A stretch of DNA of 64,000 bases. Origin: an uncultured Desulfosarcina sp. Lineage in GTDB: Bacteria; Desulfobacterota; Desulfobacteria; Desulfobacterales; Desulfosarcinaceae. A model generated the notes under the pieces. The model saw only the letters and a program-made list of their open reading frames with translations, was not told where the DNA came from and ran no database searches. The stretch is from NCBI GenBank assembly GCA_963674945.2, contig CAXXWQ010000003.1, positions 1,568,001-1,632,000 of the forward strand, read 5' to 3'. Position numbers and translations under genes: made by a program. Shown here piece after piece: positions 19,650 to 30,259 of this stretch. Each line of letters opens with the position of its first letter. The stretch's first letter is position 1.

Positions 19650-21083
19650 TCAGATGCTGACGTACACAGCCTTGGTATTGAAATATGGCTCAATGCCCTT
19701 CCAGCCACGTTCGGCGCCCCATCCCGATTGCTTGTGGCCGCAAATCGGCATCGAGGCATCCGCGCCGAGCACGCAGTTCACCCAGATCTGTCCGGCGCGA
19801 AGGCCGTTGACGAAACGATGGGCGCGACTGAGATTTTCGGTCCAGATGGCGCCTGCCAGGCCATAATGGGTATCATTGGCGGCAGCGAGCACTTCGTCCT
19901 CATCATCGAATGGAATCACGCATCCTACCGGTCCGAAAATTTCCTCCTTGACCACCCGCATGTCCGGTGTGGTGTTGGTGAGGATGGTGGATTCGTAGAA
20001 AAAGCCGCGGCGATCCATGGGCTTGCCGCCGGTCCTGACCTCGGCGCCTTGCGCGACAGAATCGTCCACAAGTTCCTTCACTCGCTGACGCTGCTTCTCG
20101 CTGATCAACGGACCGAGAATGGTTCCCTCTTCATCAGCGCCTCCCATCGGCAGCGACTGCGCGAAAGCGACCAGTCCATCAACGACCTGCTCGTAAATGC
20201 CGCGCTGAACGTAAATGCGTGACGTGCAGCTGCAGTTCTGACCGGAGCCGGCCAGCAGGCCCATGCCGGCGCTCATGATCCCCTTTTCGAGATTGGCATC
20301 GTCGAACATGATCAGCGGCGACTTGCCACCCAGTTCAAGCGTCAAGCGCTTGAGGTTGCCGGCGGCCGCTTGAACGATCATGCGACCGACTTCGGTAGAG
20401 CCCGTGAACCCGACCTTGTCGACGCCCGGATGCGCAGCCAGCGCAGTGCCGGTGGTCGAACCATAGCCGGTAACGACGTTGAGGACGCCGTCGGGCAGGC
20501 CCGCTTCGCGAAAAATGCTTTCAAGCTGCAGCGCGCTGAGCGGCGTTTCTGAGGACGGCTTCACTACGCAACTGCAGCCGGCAGCGAGCGCCGGCGCGAC
20601 TTTCAGCATCGCGATGTAGAACGGACCGTTCCATGGAACGATGGCTCCCACGACGCCGACCGGTTCGAGTTGCGTGAAGGTGTGCAGTTGTTCCGGCGCG
20701 CCGGTGAGACCGGCGGAGGAGAGTTGGCCCGATTCGCCGTGGATCTTGGTAACCCAGCCGGCGTAATACTTGAGCAGATCGAGCGACTCTCGAATGATTA
20801 TGCGCGCGCCCATCATAATCATGCCGTTGTCACGTGATTCGATTGCTGCGAGTTCCTCAAGACGATTTTCGATGATCTGTGCCGCACGCCACAGAATATC
20901 GGCCCGTTCCTTGGCGGGCAGTTTGCGCCAAACGCCATTTTCAAAAGCCTCCCGCGCCCGCGCTACCACGCCGTCGAGAGTTGCCTGGTCAGAGTCGATG
21001 ACCTCGGCAATCTGCTCTTCAGTCGCCGGATTGAGGACCGGGATCATTGTGCATCCTGATGTAAGGCTGTCTTTGGTTTCCAT
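19650..21083 (-). CDS. NAD(P)-dependent aldehyde dehydrogenase (phenylacetaldehyde-dehydrogenase-like)
   Basis: EPVGVVGAIVPWN, FTGSTEVG, LELGGKSP, GQNC (catalytic Cys), EEIFGPV. Confidence 0.95.
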   Translation of the reverse strand: METKDSLTSGCTMIPVLNPATEEQIAEVIDSDQATLDGVVARAREAFENGVWRKLPAKERADILWRAAQIIENRLEELAAIESRDNGMIMMGARIIIRESLDLLKYYAGWVTKIHGESGQLSSAGLTGAPEQLHTFTQLEPVGVVGAIVPWNGPFYIAMLKVAPALAAGCSCVVKPSSETPLSALQLESIFREAGLPDGVLNVVTGYGSTTGTALAAHPGVDKVGFTGSTEVGRMIVQAAAGNLKRLTLELGGKSPLIMFDDANLEKGIMSAGMGLLAGSGQNCSCTSRIYVQRGIYEQVVDGLVAFAQSLPMGGADEEGTILGPLISEKQRQRVKELVDDSVAQGAEVRTGGKPMDRRGFFYESTILTNTTPDMRVVKEEIFGPVGCVIPFDDEDEVLAAANDTHYGLAGAIWTENLSRAHRFVNGLRAGQIWVNCVLGADASMPICGHKQSGWGAERGWKGIEPYFNTKAVYVSI

Positions 21084-21542
21084 ACTGCCTCCTTCGTGGT
21101 TTGAAACGCGGGTTTTTTAATTCGAACGGGAAATCCGTGTATTGCGTCGATACCATCGCGTTGATATGATCTAAAAATTATTTAGGCAAAGTTTATTCTA
21201 TTATTTTGTCCAATTTCTGTTAAATATAAACTAATATGACTTAAATGGCAAACAAAATAATTTTATTATGTCAATTAAAAGTACGGATGCTCTCACAAAA
21301 CAAATAAAAAGAGACCGATTTTGGGTTGTCGTTCGTGCAATGGAACCATGAGTCTGCGGGGCCGCCGTTGGCAATGCCCACGGTATGATGAATGTCCCCG
21401 TGAATATGTAGAATTACCGGAAGATTTGGGGCGATGGTGTGAATTTAGAGTGGCAACTCAGTCCTTGGGATTACCGGACACGCCCAATTGTGCTTATTCG
21501 ATACTGTCCAGAAAAATGGTCCAGCCCGACATAAGGGAGATA

Positions 21543-23852
21543 TCAGTTATCCAAAGCCTTTCTTACATGGACTGCCAAGGTTTGAAGTGAAAACGGTTTT
21601 TGAATAAAGTTGATACCCTCGTCAAGGACACCATGGGGAGCGATGACGTCGGCCGTATAACCAGACATGAATAATAATCTGAGTTCCGGGACAATGGGTG
21701 CTAACGCTTTCGCCAATTCCCGACCGTTCATCTCGGGCATGATCACATCTGTCAGGAGCAAGTGAATCCTGCCGATGTGTTTCTTCGCCAACTGAAAGGC
21801 TTCTCCCGGCGTCGAAACGTCCAATACCTGGTACCCCAAACGTTTTAGTGACGTTTTCGCCATGTTTAAAATAGCATGATCATCTTCCACCAACAGGATG
21901 GTTTCGTCTCCTTGAGCTAATTCCTGGGGCATACGGCTTTTGATTTGTGGTTCCGCAGTGTCAGCCGTGTGCCTGGGAAGATATATCTTGAAAGTGGTGC
22001 CATTTCCAAGTTCACTGTCAACGTTGATGTACCCATTGTTCTGTTTTGCAATACCGTAGATCATGGCCAACCCGAGACCGGTTCCCTCGCCTTTTTCCTT
22101 GGTGGTGAAAAAGGGCTCGAAAATTTTTCCTTGCGTCTCCATATCCATGCCATGCCCGTTGTCACTGACCGCCAGCATCACGAAGTCACCGATTGTTGTG
22201 TCCGAATGCTGCGCACAGTAAGCTTCGTCAAAGCTGACGTTACCCGTTTCGATAGCGATTCGTCCCTGGCCGTCGATTGCATCCCGGGCATTTACGCACA
22301 AATTGGCCAGTATCTGGTCAATCTGGGAACTGTCCATCTTGACCGGCCATACACCCGATCCCGGCAGCCAGGTGATATCGATGTCTTCCCCAATCAAACG
22401 TTTCAGCATATTAAGCATTCCCGCAACCGTCTCATTTAAATCGAGTACCCGGGGGGTGACGACCTGCTTCCGGGCAAAGGTCAGCAGCTGGCGAGTGATA
22501 TCGGCGGAGCGTCCGGCGGCATTTCGGATCGTTTTGATTGCGTCATAAAGTGGATTGTCTTGATTCAACTGTTCCAGAGAGAGTTCGGCATGGCCGATAA
22601 TCACACTCAGCATATTATTGAAGTCATGAGCCACGCCGCCTGCCAGCCGTCCCACCGATTCCATCTTCTGAGCCTGATTCAGCTGGTTCAGAAGCTTCTT
22701 CTGTTCTTCTTCTGACCGTTTGCGTTCCGTGATGTCTTGAAATGTCCCCACAAGGAAGTTTTTTTCTTGCTCTGTAATTCGTCTCAGGCCCCGTACCTCA
22801 GTCCATAAACGTTTTCCTCTTGCGGTTATGACTTCAGCTTCGATCGTAAAAGTAGACCCATTGTTCAAAGAATTCGATACCGCATCTCTGAGCTTCGGGA
22901 TGTATTCTGGAAGATAAAATGTGAGTCCTTCTTCAAACCCGGGGTTGTAATCGATAGGAACTTCGATAATATGTTTAATCCCTTCCGTCCAAAGTAATAA
23001 ATCAGTCTCCGGATTGGCCTTCCATCCTCCTACGCGAGCGATTCGTTCTGTATCGTTCTGGAAAAACAAGGTCTCTTTCAGCTTTTCCTCTGCCCGTTTG
23101 CGTTCCGTGATGTCCCGACCGATACCCAACACGCCAACCAAATTGCCTTCGGAATCGAACATGGGGGTTTTAATGGTATCCAGCAACGCACGGCGGCCAT
23201 CGCCGGCAAAGGTGATCCACTCCTCATTGCAGATAGGTTGTCCGGCTGCCATCGCCCTGCGGTCATTTCCCCTGAAAAAGTCCGCCAACTCTCTGTCCAC
23301 AAAGTCGTAATCCGTCTTGCCGACAATATCCTCTTCCTTTGCGCCGAAACAACGCTCGAACATTTTGTTGCAGGCCAAATAAACGCCATTTTCATTTTTT
23401 AACCAGACCAGATCAGGAATTGTCTGCAACAGAGTGTGGAGACGGGCTTCGTTCTCCAAAATGGATTCTTTCATCCGTTTCAGGGGTGAGATGTCCCGAA
23501 CGATTTCGAGGCATGAATCCACTCTCCCTTCGTCATTTCGGATGGGTATGGCTGTGTTTAACCAGATCCGAATTTCACCTGTCGGCTCGCGAACAGTTCG
23601 TTCGGCGTCATGAGATTTTTCATCCCTGAAGGCTTCTCTGACGGGGCACCCTTTGCATGGCGCGTCACGAAATTCATAGATCCTGTAACATTTTCCAGAG
23701 GAACTACCGAACTGATTCCGCATGAAATCATTCTGAAAAAGGATATTGTAGTCCCGGTCCTGGATGGTCAGACCATATTCCAGGGAAGTCATTAGGGCCT
23801 TAAAAATACTTTTTTCTGAAATCGGAGGTGTTTTTTTCTTTTTATCCATCAT
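21543..23852 (-). CDS. Cytoplasmic hybrid sensor histidine kinase (three PAS domains, HisKA, HATPase, receiver)
   Basis: [55 protein letters not shown]. Confidence 0.95.
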   Translation of the reverse strand: MMDKKKKTPPISEKSIFKALMTSLEYGLTIQDRDYNILFQNDFMRNQFGSSSGKCYRIYEFRDAPCKGCPVREAFRDEKSHDAERTVREPTGEIRIWLNTAIPIRNDEGRVDSCLEIVRDISPLKRMKESILENEARLHTLLQTIPDLVWLKNENGVYLACNKMFERCFGAKEEDIVGKTDYDFVDRELADFFRGNDRRAMAAGQPICNEEWITFAGDGRRALLDTIKTPMFDSEGNLVGVLGIGRDITERKRAEEKLKETLFFQNDTERIARVGGWKANPETDLLLWTEGIKHIIEVPIDYNPGFEEGLTFYLPEYIPKLRDAVSNSLNNGSTFTIEAEVITARGKRLWTEVRGLRRITEQEKNFLVGTFQDITERKRSEEEQKKLLNQLNQAQKMESVGRLAGGVAHDFNNMLSVIIGHAELSLEQLNQDNPLYDAIKTIRNAAGRSADITRQLLTFARKQVVTPRVLDLNETVAGMLNMLKRLIGEDIDITWLPGSGVWPVKMDSSQIDQILANLCVNARDAIDGQGRIAIETGNVSFDEAYCAQHSDTTIGDFVMLAVSDNGHGMDMETQGKIFEPFFTTKEKGEGTGLGLAMIYGIAKQNNGYINVDSELGNGTTFKIYLPRHTADTAEPQIKSRMPQELAQGDETILLVEDDHAILNMAKTSLKRLGYQVLDVSTPGEAFQLAKKHIGRIHLLLTDVIMPEMNGRELAKALAPIVPELRLLFMSGYTADVIAPHGVLDEGINFIQKPFSLQTLAVHVRKALDN

Positions 23853-24400
23853 CTTCTTATATGAAATTCGTATACGGCAGTATGATCGGAATCTAATTTC
23901 GTCTTCATCGTGTCAAATATCTTCTCACAATCTAACACGCTTGTTTCAAGAGCCAGTAAATTACCGGCCAATCATGAAAATAAGTTCACTCCTGAACGAC
24001 ATATGGGCCTTCTCAGGCACTTAAGATTCGAATTATAAATTCAGCGGGCGAGGATAACACTCAAGTTTGAGGCTGGTTGTTTCACACTTAGAGGCTCTAT
24101 GTCATTCCATATAGGTCGGATCCCGGTCATATCAGAATATGCATTGCCGCATGGAGGGCCTGAAGAAAAATAACGCACTGAATTTTATAAAATTGATTAT
24201 AGGAAAAGGATTGTTGAAAGGTCAAGTAATTTGAAAAAGGGTCATTTGGTTGGACAAGAACGGGCAAAGTCCTTGCTTCGCTATAGGATGTTTCACGAAC
24301 CGCCCGTGCCACGCTACCGTTAACGCCGGATCATCTTACGATTTGGTTCAGATGAAGCGTTGAAGGCGCAACACAAATTGAATAGTGTTCATTTTTTATC

Positions 24401-24458
24401 TTGACAGACCTTGTTTGATAAATTAACCATACATCATACATATGATGTATGGTTAATT
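24401..24458 (+). promoter_or_regulatory. Promoter and long palindromic operator upstream of the GntR gene
   Basis: TTGACA at 24401; perfect 18-bp inverted repeat AATTAACCATACATCATA-ca-TATGATGTATGGTTAATT (24421-24458). Confidence 0.8.
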
Positions 24459-24553
24459 GCCCGCACGATTCAGTCGCCAGAATGCCTCAAGCTCGCCCGC
24501 AAAGCTCCCATAGTCCGGCATCGTTTCCAAGGATACAGTAAGGACGACCACCC

Positions 24554-25279
24554 ATGAATGCCAAAAAAACGACTTCCCTGAATACCCCTGTTGGCCAGAG
24601 TTCCGTCGTAGACCTGGTTATTGAGCGTATCAAGGAAGCAATTATGGCCAGGGAACTCAAGCCTGGAGACTACCTGCCCACCGAAACGGAACTGGTCACC
24701 AATTTGGGCGTAAGCAAGACCAGTGTCCGGGAAGCCATAAAAATGCTGCAGGCCCAGGGGGTGGTCGAGGTGCGACGTGGCCGGGGTACGAAAATAAACG
24801 AGGACGTTGGCGAAGGCGTAATCGTTCCCCTGATCTATCAGTTGCTGTTGGCCAGAGGGACAATCCAGGAAATCATCGACTTCCGTATGATGTTCGAAGA
24901 GGCCTACACCATCATGGCTGTCGACCGTGCCACTTCAGATGACATTTCCCGAATCGCCACAACGGTAGAGGATTTAGAACTGGCAATCGCAGAAAACCGA
25001 CAGACAGCCATTGAAGATCTCGCTTTCCACTTCGAAATGTTACGCAGCACCCATAACCCGCTGGTCATTCGGGTCGGTGAAACCATTATGGAATTATTCC
25101 GGGTGTCCATCGGTTACTCCGTCAAGCACCATCCCGAAATTGCCTTGCGCGACCATAAGGCAATATTCGAGGCATTCCTAAAAAAAGATAAGCGGCGGCT
25201 TCGGGAAGTGATCCAGGGAAGCTTTGAAGCTTGGAAACACGGTTTAGAAATGACCAAGCCGGGCATCGATATGAACTGA
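24554..25279 (+). CDS. GntR/FadR-family transcriptional regulator
   Basis: LKPGDYLPTETEL..LGVSKTSVREAI..L...G.VEVRRGRGT; FCD domain D.AFH, THNP, DH. Confidence 0.93.
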   Translation: MNAKKTTSLNTPVGQSSVVDLVIERIKEAIMARELKPGDYLPTETELVTNLGVSKTSVREAIKMLQAQGVVEVRRGRGTKINEDVGEGVIVPLIYQLLLARGTIQEIIDFRMMFEEAYTIMAVDRATSDDISRIATTVEDLELAIAENRQTAIEDLAFHFEMLRSTHNPLVIRVGETIMELFRVSIGYSVKHHPEIALRDHKAIFEAFLKKDKRRLREVIQGSFEAWKHGLEMTKPGIDMN

Positions 25280-25355
25280 ATGCCCGGTAACAATTTGGAA
25301 AAGGTGCGCTCAAAATAGGCTTCCAGGCAAACGATACATTACAAAGGAGAGCCGG

Positions 25356-26201
25356 ATGAACGAACCTGAAGAAAGCATTCGCGACGAACTTTCGAATCGT
25401 GCTTTTAAAATCCGTCGCAACGCTTTGCGAATGGGCGAGGTGCAGGGCCAAGGGTACATCGGCCAGGCACTCGATATCGCCGATGTGCTATCGGTCGCCT
25501 ACTTTCATGCCATGAAGTATCGGGCCGATGATCCAAATTGGGAGGGGCGCGATCGCTTTCTGTTATCAAATGGCCATTACGCCATCGGCCTGTACGCGGC
25601 ACTGATGGAAGCCGGTATCGTTCCCGAGGAAGAGCTTGAAACCTATGGTAGTGATGACAGCCGCCTGCCCATGTCGGGAATGGCCAGCTACACGCCTGGC
25701 ATGGAGATGTCCGGCGGATCCCTTGGCCAAGGTCTTTCCATTGCAGTGGGACGAGGGCTTGGTCTAAAGCGTAAAGGGTCGGATGCCTTTGTTTATACCT
25801 TGTTCTCGGATGGAGAACTGGATGAAGGTTCTGTCTGGGAAGCACTCATGTCCGCCGCTCATTGGAAGCTCGACAACCTTATCGCCATTGTCGACGTGAA
25901 CAACCAACAGGCCGATGGTCCCTCCACTCAGGTGATGGCATTCGAGCCGCTGGTCGAAAAAATGGAAGCATTCGGTTGGTACACCCAGCGTATTGACGGG
26001 AATAACCTGGATGAAGTGATCAACGCCTTTGACGCTGCCCGCAGCCACGCAGATCCGTGTCCGCGCATGATCATTTGTGATACGCGGCTGGGCCGCGGAG
26101 TACCCTTCCTCGAAGAACGCGATAAAAACCATTTCATCCGTGTTGATGCGCACGAATGGAAACTCGCGCTCGAAGCACTTGAAGCCGGGAGGCGCGCATG
26201 A
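25356..26201 (+). CDS. Transketolase, N-terminal (ThDP-binding) subunit of a split enzyme
   Basis: RDRFLLSNGH, GGSLGQG, SDGELDEGSVWEA...DVNNQQADG ThDP motif. Confidence 0.92.
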   Translation: MNEPEESIRDELSNRAFKIRRNALRMGEVQGQGYIGQALDIADVLSVAYFHAMKYRADDPNWEGRDRFLLSNGHYAIGLYAALMEAGIVPEEELETYGSDDSRLPMSGMASYTPGMEMSGGSLGQGLSIAVGRGLGLKRKGSDAFVYTLFSDGELDEGSVWEALMSAAHWKLDNLIAIVDVNNQQADGPSTQVMAFEPLVEKMEAFGWYTQRIDGNNLDEVINAFDAARSHADPCPRMIICDTRLGRGVPFLEERDKNHFIRVDAHEWKLALEALEAGRRA

Positions 26202-27196
26202 ACGATACCGCCGTGAAACGACGCCTGAAGACCTCGGCGATGATCGCCTCCATTGCCGACGAAGACCAGCCTTCCAGGACCGCTCCCTTCGGCCATGCGC
26301 TCAATGAACTGGCGCGCACGAACCCGGACATCATCGGCATGACCGCCGATCTCGCCAAATACACCGACCTGCATATTTTTTCCGAGGCCTTCCCCGATCG
26401 ATTTTATCAGATGGGGATGGCTGAGCAACTCCTGATGGGTGCTGCCTCCGGGTTTGCCCATGAAGGGTTTCTTCCTTTCGTGACAACCTACGCTGTTTTT
26501 GCTTCCCGACGAGCATTCGAATTTATCCACCAAACAATCGCAGAGGATAACCTCAACGTGAAGATCGCCTGCGCCCTGCCCGGTCTCACCACCGGGTACG
26601 GCCCCAGTCACCAGGCCACTGAAGATCTGGCGCTTTTTCGTACGATGCCGAACATGGTGGTAATCGATCCCTGCGACGCCCTGGAGATTGAGCAGGCGGT
26701 GCCGCAGATCGCCGGACACGACGGGCCTGTGTATATGCGCCTGCTTCGCGGCAAGGTTCCGTTGGTACTGGACGAATACAATTACCGGTTTGAACTTGGT
26801 AAGGCAAAGCTTCTCCTCGAAGGCGACGACATCCTGTTCATTTCTACCGGATTCATGACAATGCGTGTGCTGGCGGCGGCCAAAAAACTGCAAAATGAAA
26901 ACATACATGCCGCGGTGCTGCACTGCCCGACCATCAAGCCGCTGGACCGTGAGGCCATCGTCCAGGCCAGCAGCAAACCGGGTCGTCTTGTGGTGGTGGC
27001 GGAAAACCACACTGTGATCGGCGGCCTTGGAGAAGCGGTAGCAGGCGAATTGCTCCGTGCCGGGGTTGCACCCAAATTCCGGCAGATCGCTTTGCCGGAT
27101 GACTTCCTCGATGCAGGCGCACTCCCGACCCTTCACGACCGCTATGGCATCTCGACCGAGGCCATCGCAAACACGATTACGGAATGGTGCAAATAG
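26198..27196 (+). CDS. Transketolase, C-terminal subunit of a split enzyme
   Basis: ADLAKYT, MGMAEQ, GPSHQATED, TIKPLD, ENH..IGGLG; ATGA overlap with the upstream subunit. Confidence 0.92.
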   Translation: MNDTAVKRRLKTSAMIASIADEDQPSRTAPFGHALNELARTNPDIIGMTADLAKYTDLHIFSEAFPDRFYQMGMAEQLLMGAASGFAHEGFLPFVTTYAVFASRRAFEFIHQTIAEDNLNVKIACALPGLTTGYGPSHQATEDLALFRTMPNMVVIDPCDALEIEQAVPQIAGHDGPVYMRLLRGKVPLVLDEYNYRFELGKAKLLLEGDDILFISTGFMTMRVLAAAKKLQNENIHAAVLHCPTIKPLDREAIVQASSKPGRLVVVAENHTVIGGLGEAVAGELLRAGVAPKFRQIALPDDFLDAGALPTLHDRYGISTEAIANTITEWCK

Positions 27197-27248
27197 CAGG
27201 AACATCCTGGCGCTTGCTGTATCTGCGAGCAACCTTTGCGATAAACCG

Positions 27249-27335
27249 ATTTCAATCCTTTTTCTCGCTTTTGATCTTTCCAGTTATTTGACCGGTAGTG
27301 ATTTGGAAGTAAACGGCGGCTCTTCGATTTACTAA
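27249..27335 (+). pseudogene. 3' remnant of a short-chain dehydrogenase gene
   Basis: Encodes ISILFLAFDLSSYLTGSDLEVNGGSSIY*, the classic SDR C-terminal motif, with no upstream body. Confidence 0.7.
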
Positions 27336-27415
27336 GGAAGGCTTTTTCCAATCCATTTATCATCGCTGCGAAATCAACGCAGTCCAAACTTACCCGCAAC
27401 CATGAGGAGGTATCT

Positions 27416-28393
27416 ATGAAAAAGTTCATGAAAACAGTGACACTGGTTATGGTGGCAGCCGTACTGCTGGCAGCTCAGGTCCAAGCCGAGGAGATTGTAT
27501 TCGCCCACGGGGCCAACCCTGGCAATCCTCGTTATGATGCCGCAAACATGTTTGCGGAACTCGTGTCGATTTACTGCCCCGATCTGACCGTCAAGGTCGC
27601 TCCGTCGGCAACCATGGGAGACGATGCTGAAATGCTCACGTCCGCCAGTGCCGGCGTGATCGAAATGACCGCCAATTCCCAGGGGCCCATGGCCCAGATC
27701 GTTCCCGAAGTGGGCATGCTCGGCCTGCCGTTTTTGTTCAGCGGCCTTCCCAATGCCTGGGCGGTTCTGGATGGCGACATCGGCAAAATCATCGACGAGA
27801 AGGCACAAAAGGCCAATCTCAAGGTGATTACTTTTTGGGACAACGGCATCCGCCACGTGACCCATGTGAGTAAATTTATTGCCACACCGGCAGACATCAA
27901 GGGAATGAAAATTCGGGCCCCGCCGGACCAGGTGACCCTGGATATATTTAAGGCGCTGGGGGCCAACCCGGCTCCCCTTGCCTGGTCGGAGTTGCCAACG
28001 GCACTAAGAGCAGGCACCTTTGACGGACAGGAAAATCCCCTGACCAACATCTATTCTGCCAAGCTTCATGAAATTACGCCGTATATCACCCTGACCGGCC
28101 ACAAATATGAAGGGACGCCGATTGTTGCCGGTCTCGGTTGGTGGAAATCCTTGTCCAAAAAGCAGCAATCCTGCATCGAAACGGCCGCCAAGGAAGCCGG
28201 CTGGTATCAGCGGGGCCGCAGTCTGATGGACAATGCGAACTTGCAGAACGTGATGGAAAAAGAGGGCGCGAAGTTCAAGTCTGTCGACCAGAAGGCTTTT
28301 GCCGATGCCACGGCTTCGGTCTACACCAAGTACGAGAAGGAAATCGGGGATTTTGTCGGTAAACTGAAAAAGGCCGCCAGAGGCGGCAATTAA
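27416..28393 (+). CDS. dctP: TRAP transporter solute-binding protein
   Basis: Signal peptide, WDNGIRH, GMKIRAP, FDGQENP, LTGH; GAGGAGG RBS. Confidence 0.93.
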   Translation: MKKFMKTVTLVMVAAVLLAAQVQAEEIVFAHGANPGNPRYDAANMFAELVSIYCPDLTVKVAPSATMGDDAEMLTSASAGVIEMTANSQGPMAQIVPEVGMLGLPFLFSGLPNAWAVLDGDIGKIIDEKAQKANLKVITFWDNGIRHVTHVSKFIATPADIKGMKIRAPPDQVTLDIFKALGANPAPLAWSELPTALRAGTFDGQENPLTNIYSAKLHEITPYITLTGHKYEGTPIVAGLGWWKSLSKKQQSCIETAAKEAGWYQRGRSLMDNANLQNVMEKEGAKFKSVDQKAFADATASVYTKYEKEIGDFVGKLKKAARGGN

Positions 28394-28410
28394 GCAAGGA
28401 TTGTAAGACC

Positions 28411-28935
28411 ATGTCCAAATTCTTACGTATTCTGCAATTGCTCATTACTTTCATCTATTGGACCGGGTCGGTCATCGTTGTCGCCACGATATCGTGCATG
28501 TTTCTGGCACTCTTCGTCAACGTGGTCTTGCGGTATGCGTTTGGAAGCGGCATTGCCTGGGCATACGAGATCCATAACATCCTGTTCCCCTGGCTGGTTG
28601 CCGGGGGAGCGGTGATGGCCGCCGCCAAAGGCAGTAACATTGCCGTCAGAGCAATGGTCGACGCGTTGCCATTGTTCGTACAGCGCATCGTGGCCGTCAT
28701 CGTCCATGGCTTTGTCTCGGTTTTGTGTGTTGGGGTTGTCTATTCGTCGAAACCCATCGTCAAGGCCGCACAATACAGTCATCTGGCGGAGACGGGAATA
28801 TCGCAGATGTATGGCTACTGGAGCCTGCTCTATGCCTTTTCGGCGATTGCATTGATTTCCGCATTTTTCATGGTTCGACTACTCATAGGGAAACAGGCGG
28901 ATGTGTCTGACCCCACAGCCGCCAGTTTCAGTTAG
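28411..28935 (+). CDS. dctQ: TRAP transporter small permease
   Basis: Four TM segments, NVVLRY, W.YE; lies between dctP and dctM. Confidence 0.88.
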   Translation: MSKFLRILQLLITFIYWTGSVIVVATISCMFLALFVNVVLRYAFGSGIAWAYEIHNILFPWLVAGGAVMAAAKGSNIAVRAMVDALPLFVQRIVAVIVHGFVSVLCVGVVYSSKPIVKAAQYSHLAETGISQMYGYWSLLYAFSAIALISAFFMVRLLIGKQADVSDPTAASFS

Positions 28936-28948
28936 GGGAGACCTCATT

Positions 28949-30205
28949 ATGAGCGGTATTCTTATATGGTTGTTTCCTCTCTTGTTGCTGGTATCCGTAC
29001 CGGTTGCGTTTGCGATGCTGGGTGCGTCAGGAATTATTTTAATGATCGACGGTAAGCCCTTGGCCGTTATCGCCCAGCGTCTGTACACACCGACCCAGAG
29101 TTTTCCCATGCTGGCGATCCCCTTTTTTATTCTGGCCGGCAGCTTGATGATGTCGGGACGCTTCGGTGAACATCTGGTGAATTTTGCAAAATTGATGGTC
29201 GGTCGCTTCCGGGGCGGCATGGCCCATGTCAGCATCGTCGGTTCGGTGATGTTTGGCGGTGTTTCCGGCTCGGCCGTGGCCGATGCCTCCGCACTCGGTA
29301 ACGCCTTGATACCGGTGCAGGTGAAAAACGGTATCAGTGCCGGCTTCGCCGGTGCCATCAATTCCGCCTCATCCACCATTTCGGTGCTGATTCCCCCGTC
29401 GATTCCACTGATTCTTTACGGGCTCGTATCCAACGAATCCATTGTCAACCTTTTCGTCGCGGGCATTCTGCCCGGTGTCATGTTAGGCGCCGGTATGCTT
29501 TTGCTCAGTGGGCTCATCGCCAACATAAGAAAACTACCCACGGCGGAAATCGAAGGCGGCTGGAAGAGTTTCCGCAAGGAGTTGGTGCATGCAGTGCCGG
29601 CGCTGTTCATGCCGGTCCTGGTGGTCGGCACACTGCGTTTCGGAATTGCCACACCGACGGAGGTGAGTGTTATTGCCGTCGCCTATGCCATCCTTGTGGC
29701 AGCGCTGATCTACCGTGATCTTACCTTGAGAACCCTGTTGTCGGCGATCACCGAAACCGGGATCATGACCGGTGCCGTCATGCTGATCATCATGGCCTCT
29801 TCGGTCATTCAGTGGATCCTGACCCGTGAACAAATTCCTCAGCAGCTGACCGTATGGCTGACGTCATCCATAAGTCAGCCGTGGATGATCATCCTTGCGT
29901 TGAACGCCATCATGCTTCTGGTAGGGACCTTTCTCGACCTTCCGGCTGCGATCTTGCTGCTCGGCCCTCTATTCACGAATATCGCCAATGCGATTGGACT
30001 CGATTTGGTGCAGCTGGGACTGGTGATGGTGGTTAACCTGGCAATTGGTCTTTACACACCGCCAGTCGGAACCACGCTGTTCATTTCATCAACGATTGCG
30101 AGAACACCCATCGGCGCGATTGTCAAAGAACTCATTCCGTTCTACCTTCTCGCCATCGGCGTGCTGGCCCTGATCAGCTATGTTCCGGCACTGTGCCTTT
30201 ACTAG
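28949..30205 (+). CDS. dctM: TRAP transporter large permease
   Basis: LAIPFFILAG, SGSAVADA, IPPSIP, TPTE, TPPVG. Confidence 0.93.
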   Translation: MSGILIWLFPLLLLVSVPVAFAMLGASGIILMIDGKPLAVIAQRLYTPTQSFPMLAIPFFILAGSLMMSGRFGEHLVNFAKLMVGRFRGGMAHVSIVGSVMFGGVSGSAVADASALGNALIPVQVKNGISAGFAGAINSASSTISVLIPPSIPLILYGLVSNESIVNLFVAGILPGVMLGAGMLLLSGLIANIRKLPTAEIEGGWKSFRKELVHAVPALFMPVLVVGTLRFGIATPTEVSVIAVAYAILVAALIYRDLTLRTLLSAITETGIMTGAVMLIIMASSVIQWILTREQIPQQLTVWLTSSISQPWMIILALNAIMLLVGTFLDLPAAILLLGPLFTNIANAIGLDLVQLGLVMVVNLAIGLYTPPVGTTLFISSTIARTPIGAIVKELIPFYLLAIGVLALISYVPALCLY

Positions 30206-30259
30206 TAAACCGTAGTTTATGATAACCCATTCATTCTTTTCAGAGTAAAGGAGTCTAAG

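Noticed and set aside
20958..20968. CCGCGCTACCA as an att copy of the tRNA 3' end
   Set aside because: Short, imperfect and inside the ALDH coding sequence.
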